DNA of 64,000 nucleotides from Polyangiales bacterium (lineage in GTDB: Bacteria; Myxococcota_A; Polyangia; Polyangiales; JADJQN01): positions 64,001-128,000 of the forward strand of contig CAXNJO010000010.1 in assembly GCA_964202905.1 (NCBI GenBank), given 5' to 3'. The notes under the pieces were generated by a model. The model searched no databases, was not told the origin of the DNA, and worked only from the letters and a program-made list of their open reading frames with translations. This document shows, piece after piece, positions 32,848-48,706 of this stretch (its first letter is position 1; each line of letters opens with the position of its first letter). The translations under genes and the position numbers were made by a program.

Positions 32848-34179
32848 TCACACGTCCTCGATGCGGATCATGCGCGTGCGGGCGACGACGTGCTGGAGCA
32901 ACGCGATCTCGCCGAGCGCCGCCTGCACGTCGCGCTCGCGCGCTGCGTGCGTGAGGATGACGAGGCGCACGGGCTCCTGCGCCGACGGGGAGCGCGCCTC
33001 CTGCACCATCTGCTCGATGGAGACGTCGAACGCGCCGAGCACGCCCGCGATGCGCGCGAGGGTGCCCGGGCGATCGAGCACCGCGAAGCGCAGGTAGTAG
33101 CGGCCCGTGTGCTCGCCCATGTCGCGGATGGGCCGCGCGACGAGGTGCTCGCCGCGGAAGGCGCGCGACGGCACGCGGCCACGCGCGCCGGCGAAGATGT
33201 TGCGGCCGACGTCGACGAGGTCGCTCACGACGCTGACGGCCGTCGGCATCGAGCCCGCGCCGAGCCCGGAGAGCAGGCACGGACCAAGCGCCTCGCCCTG
33301 CACGTACACGGCGTTGAGCGCGCCCGACACGCTCGCGAGCACGCTGCGCTCGCTGACGAGCGCGGGGTGCACGCGCACGTCGAGGGGGGCATCGGAGCCG
33401 GCCGCCGCGTCGAGCGTGCGCGCGATGGCGAGGAGCTTGATGACGTAGCCGAAGCGCCGCGCGAACGCGATGTCGACGGCCTCGATGCCGGAGATGCCCT
33501 CGGTGGGGATCTGCGCGGGCGCGATGCGCGCGCCGTACGCGAGGGTCGTGAGGATCGTGAGTTTGTGCGCAGCGTCGCCGCCCTCGACGTCGAGGGTGGG
33601 ATCGGCCTCCGCGTAGCCGGCCGCCTGTGCCGCCGAGAGCGCCTCGGCGAAGCCGAGGTTCTCGTCGTGCATGCGCGAGAGGATGTAGTTGCTCGTGCCG
33701 TTGACGATGCCGCGCAGGCCGAGGATGCGATCGGACGCGAGCGCCTCGCGGAGCACGCGGATGATGGGGATGCCGCCCGCGACCGCGGCCTCGAAGTAGA
33801 GGTCGACGCCGCGCGCCTCGGCGAGCTCGATGAGCGCATGGCCCTGCTCGGCGAGCAGCATCTTGTTCGCGGTGACGACGTTCTTCCCGCGCTCGAGCGC
33901 CTCGCGGACGTAGCGCCCCGCCGGGTCGAGGCCGCCGACGACCTCGACGACGACGTCCACGCTGGGATCGTCGAGCACCTCCTGCGGATCGAAGGTGAGC
34001 AGCTCGCGCGGCACGACGGGATCGCGCTCGCGCCCCGGGTCGCGCGCGGCGATGCGCCGGACGACGAGACGGCCCCCGAGGCGCGCCTCGATGCTGCGCG
34101 CGTTGTCCCGGATGAGCCGGAGGGCGCCCTGCCCGACGACCCCACAGCCGATCATCCCGATGCCGATCTCGCGTGCCAC
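32848..34179 (-). CDS. hom: Homoserine dehydrogenase with ACT domain
   Basis: GCGVVG, VVTANK, FEAAVAGGIPII, NGTSNYIL, GYAEADPTLDVEG.DAAHKL, ACT motif DRPG.LA.IAG. Confidence 0.96.
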   Translation of the reverse strand: MAREIGIGMIGCGVVGQGALRLIRDNARSIEARLGGRLVVRRIAARDPGRERDPVVPRELLTFDPQEVLDDPSVDVVVEVVGGLDPAGRYVREALERGKNVVTANKMLLAEQGHALIELAEARGVDLYFEAAVAGGIPIIRVLREALASDRILGLRGIVNGTSNYILSRMHDENLGFAEALSAAQAAGYAEADPTLDVEGGDAAHKLTILTTLAYGARIAPAQIPTEGISGIEAVDIAFARRFGYVIKLLAIARTLDAAAGSDAPLDVRVHPALVSERSVLASVSGALNAVYVQGEALGPCLLSGLGAGSMPTAVSVVSDLVDVGRNIFAGARGRVPSRAFRGEHLVARPIRDMGEHTGRYYLRFAVLDRPGTLARIAGVLGAFDVSIEQMVQEARSPSAQEPVRLVILTHAARERDVQAALGEIALLQHVVARTRMIRIEDV

Positions 34180-34272
34180 GTGAGCGCCTCCGCCGAAGGG
34201 GCCGCGAGGCTAGCACGCCGCCGTGCACGCCCCGCTTCCCGCGCGGCGAGGGGCGGGGCCGCGACGACGCGC

Positions 34273-34518
34273 TCAGGCCGGCGCGAGGCAGCGCACCGCG
34301 AGGTAGAGCGCGACCGCGACGACCCACGCGAGGGCCGCGCCGCGGAGCCCCGCCCGCCACGCGGCGATCGGCGTCAGCGGCGGCAGCAGCGCGAGCAGCC
34401 GCCACGCGCGCGTGGTCGACGACGCGCGGGCGACGCGGCGCCACACCGCGAGGTGCACGACGAGCGCAGCGGCCCCGAGGAGCACCGCGGCGAGGAGCGC
34501 GTGGAGGCTCGGCGGCAC
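34273..34518 (-). CDS. Small membrane protein
   Basis: Three hydrophobic segments with LPPLTP..AW. Confidence 0.6.
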   Translation of the reverse strand: MPPSLHALLAAVLLGAAALVVHLAVWRRVARASSTTRAWRLLALLPPLTPIAAWRAGLRGAALAWVVAVALYLAVRCLAPA

Positions 34519-34634
34519 GTCGCCGTCGTAGCACGGCCGACGACGCCGCCGGGGCCGCGCGTGCCCGGGGACGAAGTCCATGAAGCGTGGCCGTGCACGC
34601 GTCGGGCGCGGCCCGTGATACCGTCCCCGCCGCG

Positions 34635-35525
34635 ATGCTCCGCGCGATTCACCCGGTCCTCCTCGCCCTCACCGTCCTGCTCGCGGCGGCCGCCACGGCC
34701 AGTGGCGTCCCCGCATCGGCCGCTGCGCAGGCGCGCGCCGGCAACCCGCTCATCCGCCAGGGACAGCAGCAGTACGACGAGCTCGAGTTCGAGCAGGCGT
34801 TGCAGACGCTCTCGGCGGCGCTGATCCGCGCGGGCAACTCCCCCGAGGAGAACACCACCATCTACCGGCTGCTCGCCTTCACCTACCTCGCGCTCGGGCG
34901 CGAGGAGGAGGCGACGGGCGCGTACCGCAGCCTGCTCGCGATCCAGCCCGACTCCACGCCGAGCAGCGACCTCGCGCCGCAGACGCGCGCCTTCCTCGAG
35001 CGCGTCAAAGAGGCCTGGGAGACCGACGGGCGCCCCGGCTTCCAGGCGCGCCCGCCTGCGCCCGTGACCATCCGGCACCGCTCGCCCGCGCAGGCCGAGC
35101 GCGGCAACGCCGTGTCCCTCGAAGCGTCGGTCGACGATCCCGACGGCCGCGTGCGCGCGCTCGCCGTCGCCTACCACCAGGGCGCCTCGGAGGCCGGAGA
35201 CCGCGCGGTCTTCCAGCGCATCGACGCGGCGCGCGAGGGCGACACCTTCCGCGCGACGCTCCCCGCGGCCGCGATCGCGCCGCCGCTCGTCGAGTACTAC
35301 CTCGAGGCGCTCGACGCGAACGGCCTGCCCGTCGCGGGCCGCGGCGACGTCGCCGCGCCGCTGCGCATCGCGGTCCCCGCGCCGGGCCGCAGCATCCTCG
35401 CGAGCCCGTGGTTCTGGGTGATCACGGGCGCGCTGGTCGCGGGCGCGGTCGTGACCACGGTGCTCCTCGTCGGCGGCGAGAGCGCACAGCCGCAGCCCGG
35501 CACCTTCGTCATCGACATCAACTGA
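34635..35525 (+). CDS. Secreted TPR-containing protein with C-terminal membrane anchor
   Basis: Signal peptide, TPR-like helices, Ig-like segment (VEYYLEA.D), SPWFWVITG hydrophobic tail. Confidence 0.75.
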   Translation: MLRAIHPVLLALTVLLAAAATASGVPASAAAQARAGNPLIRQGQQQYDELEFEQALQTLSAALIRAGNSPEENTTIYRLLAFTYLALGREEEATGAYRSLLAIQPDSTPSSDLAPQTRAFLERVKEAWETDGRPGFQARPPAPVTIRHRSPAQAERGNAVSLEASVDDPDGRVRALAVAYHQGASEAGDRAVFQRIDAAREGDTFRATLPAAAIAPPLVEYYLEALDANGLPVAGRGDVAAPLRIAVPAPGRSILASPWFWVITGALVAGAVVTTVLLVGGESAQPQPGTFVIDIN

Positions 35526-35564
35526 GCGCGCGCGGCCGCCTTCCTCCGCGCAACGGACACGCCG

Positions 35565-36461
35565 ATGAACCCCACGCCCGAAGCCCCCGCCGGCGCGCCC
35601 GAGCCGCGCTACCCGTATGTCCACGTCGAGGCGCCGCTCGACGCCGCGGAGGAGCTCTCTGCGCTGCTCTTCGAGCTCGGCGCGCAGGGCGTCGAGGAGC
35701 GCGACGCCTCGACGCTCGACAAGCCGGCCGGCGCGGGCGCGCTGCTCGTCGCGAGCTTCGCGACCGAGGACGACGCGCAGGAGGCCCTCGCCGTGCTCGC
35801 GGACCTCGACCCGCCGCGCCCGGGGCGCCTCGAGTTCGTGATCGGTGACGCGTGGCGCGACGCATGGCGCGCGCATTTCAAGCCGACGCGCGTCGGCAAG
35901 CGGCTCGTCGTGCGGCCCTCGTGGGAGCCCTTCGAGGCCGCCGACGACGACGTCGTGCTCACGATCGACCCGGGCCGCGCCTTCGGCACCGGGACGCACG
36001 AGACGACGCGGCTCGTGCTCACCGAGATCGACGCGCGCGTGCGCGGCGGCGAGTCCGTGCTCGACGTCGGGGCGGGCACCGGCATCCTCGCGGTCGCCGC
36101 GCTGCTCTTCGGCGCCGACCGCGCGCGCTGCATCGACAACGACGCGGACACCGTGGGCGTCGTCGTCGAGACCGCCGAGCGCAACGGCGTGGCCGCGCGC
36201 GTCGCGGCGGACACCGCGCCGGTCGAGTCGCTCGACGCGACCTACGACCTCGTCCTCGCGAACATCGAGGCGCGCGTGCTCATCCCGCTCGCGGACGCGA
36301 TCGCCGCGCGCGTCGCCCCGGGCGGCACGCTCGTGCTCTCGGGCATCCTCGTCGGGCAGGAGGACGACGTCCTCGCGTCCTACGGCGGCCTGCGCTGCGA
36401 GGCGCGCCCGACCCTCGGCGAGTGGGCGGCGCTCGTGCTGCGCGCGCCCGGCGGCGCGTAG
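35565..36461 (+). CDS. prmA: Ribosomal protein L11 methyltransferase
   Basis: IDPGRAFGTGTHETT, VLDVGAGTGIL, YDLVLANI, LSGIL. Confidence 0.95.
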   Translation: MNPTPEAPAGAPEPRYPYVHVEAPLDAAEELSALLFELGAQGVEERDASTLDKPAGAGALLVASFATEDDAQEALAVLADLDPPRPGRLEFVIGDAWRDAWRAHFKPTRVGKRLVVRPSWEPFEAADDDVVLTIDPGRAFGTGTHETTRLVLTEIDARVRGGESVLDVGAGTGILAVAALLFGADRARCIDNDADTVGVVVETAERNGVAARVAADTAPVESLDATYDLVLANIEARVLIPLADAIAARVAPGGTLVLSGILVGQEDDVLASYGGLRCEARPTLGEWAALVLRAPGGA

Positions 36462-36470
36462 GTCCTGGGC

Positions 36471-37211
36471 GTGGCGGCGCAGCGTCGGCTCTTCGCGCCC
36501 GAGCTGCCCGCCGCGGGCGGCCCGTGCGACCTCGGCGAGGAGGCCGCGCACCACGCGCGGGTGCTGCGGCTCGCGCCTGGCGACGCCGTCGTGCTCTTCG
36601 ACGGGCGCGGCGGCGAGTGCGACGCGCGCCTCGTCGCGCTCGACGCCCGCGGCCTGCGCTGCGAGGCTGCGCCGCGCCGGGAATTGGACGCGATGACGCG
36701 GCGCGTCACGCTCGTGCAGTGCCTGCCGAAGGGCGAGAAACTCGAGGCGATCGTGCGGATGGCGACGGAGCTCGGTGTCGCGGCCATCGCGCTCGCGCAC
36801 GGCGCGCGCAGCGTGGCGCGGCCGGACACGAAGCGCGCGGAGGCGCAGCGCGAGCGGCTCGAGCGCATCGCGCGCGAGGCGGCGCGGCAGTCGGAGCAGG
36901 CGACGCTGCCGGTCCTCGCCGCGCCCGTCGTGCTGCGCGAGGCGGCCGCGAGGGCGCCCGCGTCGGCGCTGCGGATCGCGCTCGTGCCGGGGGCGTCGCG
37001 GGGCCTCGCGGAGCTGCTCGCGGAGGCGCCGGACGACGCCGAGGTGTGGCTCGTCGTCGGTCCGGAGGGCGGCCTCGATCCGGCCGAGCTGCACGCGCTC
37101 GAGGCGCTCGGCTACGCGCCCGCGTCGCTCGGCGCGAGCACCCTGCGCGTCGAGACCGCGGCCCCGGTCGCGGTCGCGCTCGCGCGCATGGTGAATCCGT
37201 TGACACCGTGA
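36471..37211 (+). CDS. rsmE: 16S rRNA m3U1498 methyltransferase
   Basis: HHARVLRL, KGEK.E.IVR.ATELGV, EAARQS, VGPEGG, LRVETA. Confidence 0.95.
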   Translation: MAAQRRLFAPELPAAGGPCDLGEEAAHHARVLRLAPGDAVVLFDGRGGECDARLVALDARGLRCEAAPRRELDAMTRRVTLVQCLPKGEKLEAIVRMATELGVAAIALAHGARSVARPDTKRAEAQRERLERIAREAARQSEQATLPVLAAPVVLREAAARAPASALRIALVPGASRGLAELLAEAPDDAEVWLVVGPEGGLDPAELHALEALGYAPASLGASTLRVETAAPVAVALARMVNPLTP

Positions 37212-37256
37212 CGTCGAGGGGCGAAGGTATCGGCTCCCGAGGGGTCCCCTTCCCGC

Positions 37257-40200
37257 ATGTCCGCGCTCACCTCGCTGCTCGCCCGCGACCAGGTCGTTCC
37301 GGTCCGAAAAATCGAGGAGGCGCTGCAACGGCAGGTCGTCTCCGGCGGCAGCGTCGAGACGGTGCTCCTCGAGATGGCCGTCGTCGCCGAGAACGTGCTC
37401 GCCGCCTACGCGGGGGCCGCGCTCGGGTTGCCGGCGGCGACGCGCGACGAGGTCATGGGCGCGTCGCGCGACGTCGTGCGGCTCGTGCCCCGCGAGGTCG
37501 CCGAGCAGCATCGGATCGTGCCGATCGCGGCCGAGGGTCGCCTGCTGCGGCTCGCCGTCGTGGCGCCGCTCGCGCGGGACGTCGCGCAGCAGCTCAGCTT
37601 CCTGCTCGGCTACGACCTCGTGCCGCAGCTCGTCCTCGAGGTGCGCCTGCTCGCGGCCCTCGCGCACCACTACGGCTACGAGCCGCTGCCGCGGCTCGCG
37701 CGCCTCGCCGACAAGCTGCGCGAGCGCGACGCTGGCGACGCGCCCTACGTCGCGCCCCTCGCGAACCGCAGCGTCGAGCAGTACTCGGTGGCCGAGCGGC
37801 GGCGCGTCGGGTTCGCGGCCTTCGACGACGACGACGAGGACGACGGCGGCGCGTCGTCGGTGCCGCCGTCGCTCGTGCGCAGCGCACCGGCGTGGACGTC
37901 GGCGGCTACGCGCTCCGGGCCGCCGCGCGAGGGCCCGTCGCCTCCGAGCCAGCCGCAAGACCCGACGCGCTCCGGGCCGCCGTCCGCCGCGGCACCCGGG
38001 GACGACCCGGGCAGCGTCGGCGAGCGCATCACGTGGCCCGGCGGGGGCGCGATCGGGCTTGCCCCCGAGGGCCGCGCGACGCACCCCGGACCGGCGTGGC
38101 TCGCGCCCGCCGCCTTCGACGACGTGCACGCCCGGGTCACCTCCCCCGGTGAGCCCGACGACGCGCGCCCGACTCCCCGCGACCCTGCCGTGCGCCACGC
38201 GGCGGTCAGCGACGCCGGCGACAGCGACGCCGAGCGCCCCACCCTGCCGGGCGCCGACGCGGTGGCCTCGCTCCCGCGGCGGACGCTCACGGGCTTCACG
38301 CGCGTCGACGAGGTCAGCGCGTTCGGTGCCGCCCACGCGCCGCGCAGCGCCGGGCTTGCGACGACGCCACCCCCGGACGACGGCCCCGGCCGCGCCGCGC
38401 TCGCCCCCCCGGCCCCCGCGATGGCGGCTCCCGAGCCGGTCGAGACGATGCCGTCGCTCTCGGCGCCGCCGCCTCCCCCCGCCGGACTGGAATGCCGCAG
38501 TCACGCGGAACGTCCCGGGCGCTGCGCGGGTCCCCGGCCCTGCGCTGGTCCCCGGCCCTGCGCGGGTCCCAGGCACCACGCTCGCCCCAGGCGCTGCGCT
38601 CGTCCCGGGCGGTGCGCAAGGCCCCGACGCCACGCCTGCCCCAGGGGCCACGCGCCCGCCGACGCCGGACGCCGGCGCCTGGCGCGCGATGTCGTCCCGC
38701 CCGCCGGGGGACTCCGGCCAGCGCGCGGGTGCTGGCGTGCAGGCGCTCCTGGCGGCGCTCGGCGCGAGCAGCGCGCCCCCGCCCCCGAGCAGCACCCTCC
38801 CCGCGCCGCCGAGCGCGCCGACCGCGTCCGGCGACACGACGGCCGAGCGGGCCTCGTCGCCTGCGGCCGCGCGCGACGCCTCCCCGAGCCCGTCGAGCGC
38901 CCGACCGGCGGGGAATTTCCTCGCACGCCTGCGCGGACCACTGCTGCCGCGCACCATCACCGAGCTGCTCGGCGAGGCCGCGAACCGCGACGAGATTCTC
39001 GCCGCGTTCTTCGCGTTCGCGCGGCAGTTCTTCGACTACACGGCCCTCTTCGTCGTGCAGGACGACCTCGCGGAGGGGCGCGAGTCGAGCGGCCCAGGCG
39101 CCCCGACGGCCGAGGTCGAGCGCATCGCGCTGGCGCTGGACGTGGCGAACCTCTACGCGGACGTACGTCGACTCGGCGTCGGGCGCGTCAGCGACCTCGC
39201 GCAGCGCGAGGCGGATCGGGCGCTCGCCGCGCAACTGCGGCGGCCGGCGGACGCGCCCTGCGCGGTGCTGCCGCTCACGATCCGGCGGCGCGTCGTGCTG
39301 ATCCTGCACGGCGACCGGAGCGGCGACGCGCTCGCCCTCGAGGATCTTCCCGAGTTGCTCGGGGTGTTGCCGCGCGTGAGCGAGGCCTTCGAGCGCCTGA
39401 TCCTGCGCCGGAAGGTGGGGCGCGCCGGTGAGACACAACTCCCCGACGCGGGCGCGGCGCTCACCGCACCCGCCATCCCGCGCGCGGCACCCGTCCCGCG
39501 CGCCGCGGTGCCGACGAGCCCCGCCCCGACGGCGCCTGCGACGCCTGCCCTGACCGCACCGGCGACGCCCGCCGGGCCGGCCGCCATCCCGCTGGTCGCG
39601 GCCCGCTCGGTGCCCGGCGCGGCGGGCGCCCTCGCCATGCTCGGCGTCCCCCGCAGCGCGCCGCCCCCGCCCATGCCGGGCGGCGCGGCCTCCGGCGCCC
39701 CGCGTCCCCCCGTCGCGCGCCCCGACTCGTCCGGCGACGACGTCGTCGTCGAGGTCAGCGCCGCACCGCCCGACGACGACGACGAAGACGGCGAAGACGA
39801 CGTCGTCGTCGAGGTCAGCGCCGCACCGCCCGACGACGACGACGAAGACGGCGAAGACGACGTCGTCGTCGAGGTCAGCGCCGCGCCACCGGGTGACGAT
39901 GACAATGACGATGACGATGACGATGACGATGACGCGGACGACGACGCGCGCGTCACCGTCCCCGGCACCGTCGCCGCGCCGCGCAGCGCGTCGGTGAGCG
40001 ACGCCGCGACGGCCCGACGTGGCGGCTCCTACAGCGTGCACGACATCGCCGAGGAGGTCGTGGTCCGGTCAGCGACGCGGAGCCCGAACTCTCTGCCTCC
40101 CGCGCGCCGCCGCAGCGAGCCGCCCAGGCCCGCCCCGCGCAGCGAATCGCCCAGGCCTGCTGCCGAGGCCGACAGCGGCCGTGCTTCGCCCCCGCCGCTC

Positions 40201-41151
40201 GCGCGGGACACGCGCCCGGATTCCCCGTTCACGCAGGCCCGGCGCCGCAGCGCGCCGCCCGGCCGTGAGCCGTCCGTGATCGTCGACATGGGCGACAACG
40301 TCGAGGCCCTGCTCGACGAGCTCTCCGCGACCTCGCCCGACGAGGAGACGACGGCGCTCGGCCGCCTCCTCCGCGTCGGGGATGCGGCCCTCCCGGCGCT
40401 CGTGCAGCGCTTTCCCGGGCGGCTCTGGTTCGACCGGCACGCGCCGCACGCGCGCCTCCCGCGGGGCCGCGACGTCTCGGCCCTCGCGCGGGCGCTCGTC
40501 GCGTTCCGCGAGCGGACCGCGCCGTACCTCCCGCCGCTGCTCGACGCGGGCGAACGCGAGGTGCGCTTCTACGCCACGCTGATCGCGGCCGAGCTGCCCC
40601 ACCCCGCGCTCCTCGAGGCCCTCGGTCGGCGCGTGTTCGACGAGGACGCCGGGACCCGCCAGCTCGCGCTCGAGGTGCTGAAGGGCCACGCGCACCTCGC
40701 GGAGTACGCCGCGCAGCTCGAGCAGCTCCGCGCCACCGCGCGCATCCTGCACCGCGACCTCGCCCGCCGCCGCACGGCCATCCGCGCGATCGCGGAGCTG
40801 CGCGACGGGCGCGCGGTGCCGATGCTGCTCGGGGTGCTCGACGACGAGGACGAGGGCGTCCGCGGCGAGGCCCACCGCGCGCTCGTCGCGCTCACGCGCC
40901 AGGACTTCGGTGCGCAGCGCAAGCGCTGGGAGCCCTGGGCGGAGAAGCACGCGCGGAGCCACCGCATCGAGTGGCTCATCGACGCGCTCCTGCACAACGA
41001 CGAGACGCTGCGCGCCGCGGCGGGCGACGAGCTGAAGCGGGTCACGCAGGAGTACTACGGCTACCACCCCGGCTCGCCGCGACGCGAGCGCGAGCGCGTC
41101 CACCGCAAGTATCAGCAGTGGTGGGACACCGAAGGCCGCGCGCGGTTCTAG
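37257..41151 (+). CDS. Large FrgA-like protein: MshEN/T2SSE-N-like domain, low-complexity linker, GAF-like domain, HEAT repeats (frameshift near 38480)
   Basis: N-terminus LL....V....IEEALQRQVVSGG..ETVLLE...VP..VAE.HRIVP. Middle ANRDEIL...F...ALFVV..D.AEG. HEAT-like C-terminus. Confidence 0.7.
39736..39885 (+). repeat. 60-bp near-perfect tandem repeat (DDVVVEVSAAPPDDDDEDGE, about 2.5 copies) followed by poly-Asp
   Basis: Identical sequence on consecutive 60-nt lines. Confidence 0.92.
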
Positions 41152-41310
41152 AGGCCGGGAGCGAGGCCCCCTCGTCCCCGTCGAACACGGCATCGTTTCG
41201 CGACGTTGTCGCGGCGGCCATCCCGCCCGCACCGACACCCGCGCTCCTGTCCTCCGCGCGCCCACGCGTTCCCCGCGCACCCGCGGGACGGGCACGCGTC
41301 GGCGCGCGCC

Positions 41311-46060
<4,750 letters not shown>

Positions 46061-46073
46061 CGAACGAAATCAA

Positions 46074-47543
46074 CTACTTGTCGACTGCGCGACCAGCGCC
46101 TGTCGGCCGCTCCGGGAGCCCGGCGATGAGCGCCTCGCCGAGCGCCTCGGCGACGCGCCGGTAGCCGAGCCGCGTGAGGTGCACGCGGTCGCGCTGCGCG
46201 AGCGGCGGTCGCTGCGCGGCCCACGCGACGGTCGCGAGCGGCCCGCCCTGGAAGCGCACCGTGTCGAAGAACGCGCAGCCCGCGGCGCGGGCGACGCGCC
46301 GCTGCGCCTCGGCGATCGCCGCCTGACGCGGGCGCTCGACCCAGCCCGCGCGCCGCACGCGCCGCGGCCGATCCGTCGCCCCGACGAGCACGCACGAGGC
46401 GCCCGGCACCGTCACGCGGACGCGCCCGACGACCTCGCGCAGCGACGCCTCGTAGCGCGCGAGCGGCTCGCTGTCGCTCGCCTCGTTCGTGCCGTACGCG
46501 AGCACGACGAGGTCCGGGCGACGGCGCGCGAGCTGCTCGCGGAAGAGCGCATCGTCCCAGAGCCGCTGGTCCCCCGCGCGCGCGCCGTTGAGCCCGAGCG
46601 CGTCGAGCACGACGCCCGCCCGCTGCAGCTCGAGCACCGCGCCGAACACGCGCACCACGCCGTCGCCGAGCGCCTCGACGCGCAGGCGGTGCGGGTCCGG
46701 GCCTTCGACCGGCAGCGGCACGTAGCGCGGCGCCCACTGCTCGGCCGCGAGCGACACCTCGCGCGGCGCGCCCTCGTCGAGCGTAACGCGCAGCGTGCCC
46801 CCGCCCGGCTGCGCCGCGGCCCAGAGTTCCAGCGCCCAAGCGGCCCCGGGCGGCGTCGTCGGCAGCGCGAGCTCGCCCCACGCGCCCTCGACCTCCGCGC
46901 CCTCGTCCGCCGCCGCGACGCCCGCGCCACGTTCCGCCGCCACGCCCCCGCTGTCGCGCGCCATCGCGGCGTCCGCTCGGGCCCCCCACTCGAGCGCGAC
47001 ACCCGCGTGCCCGTAGCGGTCCGCGCGGCGCTCGCGCGCGGTGACACGGAGCGCGCGCCAGCCGCTGCCACGCACCTCGCAGCCCGCGGCGCGGTACGTC
47101 GGGAAGGGGCGCGCAGGCAGCACGAAGCCCGGCCCCGCGTCGCCGAAACGCGACTGGAAGAACGCGCGCAGCGCACCCGGCAGCGGCTCGGCGGCCGTGT
47201 GCGAGTCGCCGTAGAGCACGATCCGCGCGGTGCCCGCGCCGCGCGCAGCGCGCTCCAGCGCCGCATGGAACGCCGCGAGCGTCGGGCCCTCCGCGCCCTC
47301 GAGCGGGGCCGCAGCCGGAGCCGCCGCCTCCGACGACCCGTCGCGCGGCGCAAGCCCGTCACCGCGCGGAGGCGCGTCACGCCCCACTGCGCCCGGCGCG
47401 CCGACGCCCGCGTCCTGCGCGCGCGCGACCCCGGCGCCGCCCGCGGGATGCGACGCGGCGAGCCCCCCCAGCAACCCCGCGAGCGCCCCGATCGACGCCG
47501 CGCGCCGCGCGACCGCCGCGCGGGGAGCGCGACGACTCACCAC
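46074..47543 (-). CDS. SGNH/GDSL hydrolase or O-acetyltransferase-like secreted protein
   Basis: YGDSH, G.NGAR, YGTNEA, DRVHLT..GY. Confidence 0.88.
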   Translation of the reverse strand: MVSRRAPRAAVARRAASIGALAGLLGGLAASHPAGGAGVARAQDAGVGAPGAVGRDAPPRGDGLAPRDGSSEAAAPAAAPLEGAEGPTLAAFHAALERAARGAGTARIVLYGDSHTAAEPLPGALRAFFQSRFGDAGPGFVLPARPFPTYRAAGCEVRGSGWRALRVTARERRADRYGHAGVALEWGARADAAMARDSGGVAAERGAGVAAADEGAEVEGAWGELALPTTPPGAAWALELWAAAQPGGGTLRVTLDEGAPREVSLAAEQWAPRYVPLPVEGPDPHRLRVEALGDGVVRVFGAVLELQRAGVVLDALGLNGARAGDQRLWDDALFREQLARRRPDLVVLAYGTNEASDSEPLARYEASLREVVGRVRVTVPGASCVLVGATDRPRRVRRAGWVERPRQAAIAEAQRRVARAAGCAFFDTVRFQGGPLATVAWAAQRPPLAQRDRVHLTRLGYRRVAEALGEALIAGLPERPTGAGRAVDK

Positions 47544-48562
47544 TTCTTCTGGACGCTGCGCATGAACTCGTACGGATAGCCGAGCGGGAAGGTGCTCGCC
47601 TCGTCGAGCCGCGCGACCTGCGCGTCGTCGAGCACAAGCGCGTCACCGGCGAGGTTCTCGTCGAGCTGCGCGACCGTGCGCGCGCCGATGATCACGCTCG
47701 TCACCGCGGGCTTGCGCAGCAGCCACGCGAGCGAGACGGCGCTCGGCGTCGATCCGAGCTCCTTCGCGACGGCCTCGACGGTGTCGAGGATCCCCCAGTT
47801 GCGCGCGTTGTCGAAGGCCGCGAGGCGCTCCCGCCACTTCGCGAGGCGCGAGCCCTCGCCCGGCGCCTCACCGCGCTTGTACTTGCCCGAGAGAAAGCCG
47901 CTCGCGAGCGGCGACCACGGCAGGATGCCGAGCCCGAACTTCTGCGAGAGCGGGACGTGCTCGCGCTCGAGCTCGCGGTGCACGAGGCTGTACTGCGCCT
48001 GCAGCGCGACGAAGGACTCGAGGTGCTGCGAGCGGCTCGTCCAGAGGCTGTCGACGAGGCGGTACGCGGCGTAGTTCGAGCAGCCGAGGTAGAGCACCTT
48101 GCCGCTGCGCACGAGGTCGTCGAGCGCGCGCAGCGTCTCCTCCTCGGGCGTGTCGAGGTCCTGCATGTGGATCTGGTAGAGGTCGATGCGGTCGGTGCCG
48201 AGCCGGCGCAGCGAGTCCTCCGCGGCGCGCACGATCCGGTAGCGCGAGGCGCCCGTGCCGTTCGGCCCCGGCGACATGCGGAAGCGGAATTTCGTCGCGA
48301 TCACCGTGCGATCGCGGCTGCCGCGCGACGCCATCCAGCGGCCGACGACGCGCTCGCTGAGCCCGTCGTTGCCGTAGACGTCGGCCGTGTCGAGGAAGTT
48401 GACGCCCGCCTCCGCGGCGCGGTCCATCATCGCGAACGCCGTCTCCTCCGACGCGCCGAGGCCGTGCATGAAGGAGTTCTCGTCGGGCTCGCCGAACGTC
48501 ATCGCGCCGAGGCAGATCGACGAGACCTGGAGACCGGAGCGGCCGAGGTTGCGGTAGTGCAT
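47537..48562 (-). CDS. Aldo/keto reductase
   Basis: LGRSGLQVS.ICLG.MTFG, DTADVY, SLRRLGTDRIDLYQIH, WSPLASGFLSGKY. Confidence 0.96.
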   Translation of the reverse strand: MHYRNLGRSGLQVSSICLGAMTFGEPDENSFMHGLGASEETAFAMMDRAAEAGVNFLDTADVYGNDGLSERVVGRWMASRGSRDRTVIATKFRFRMSPGPNGTGASRYRIVRAAEDSLRRLGTDRIDLYQIHMQDLDTPEEETLRALDDLVRSGKVLYLGCSNYAAYRLVDSLWTSRSQHLESFVALQAQYSLVHRELEREHVPLSQKFGLGILPWSPLASGFLSGKYKRGEAPGEGSRLAKWRERLAAFDNARNWGILDTVEAVAKELGSTPSAVSLAWLLRKPAVTSVIIGARTVAQLDENLAGDALVLDDAQVARLDEASTFPLGYPYEFMRSVQKKW

Positions 48563-48706
48563 GGCGGCGGAGGGTACACGATCGCGTGCGCGGGGCGCCG
48601 CGCGGGTCGAGCGCGCGGGGCCCACGCCGGCACGCATCGGGGAGAACGCCGCGGGGCAGTCGGTGCGGGGCTGTCCCGGCGGGGACGGCCGCACTACGTC
48701 CCGCGC

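Noticed and set aside
34374..38960. Very long Arg/Ala/Pro-rich ORFs (e.g. 34374-38960 -, 25831-29085 +, 21142-23418 -, 494-2956 +)
   Set aside because: Shadow frames of real genes in very GC-rich DNA, with no motifs.
39736..39885. 60-bp repeats as CRISPR
   Set aside because: Contiguous in-frame coding repeats with no unique spacers.
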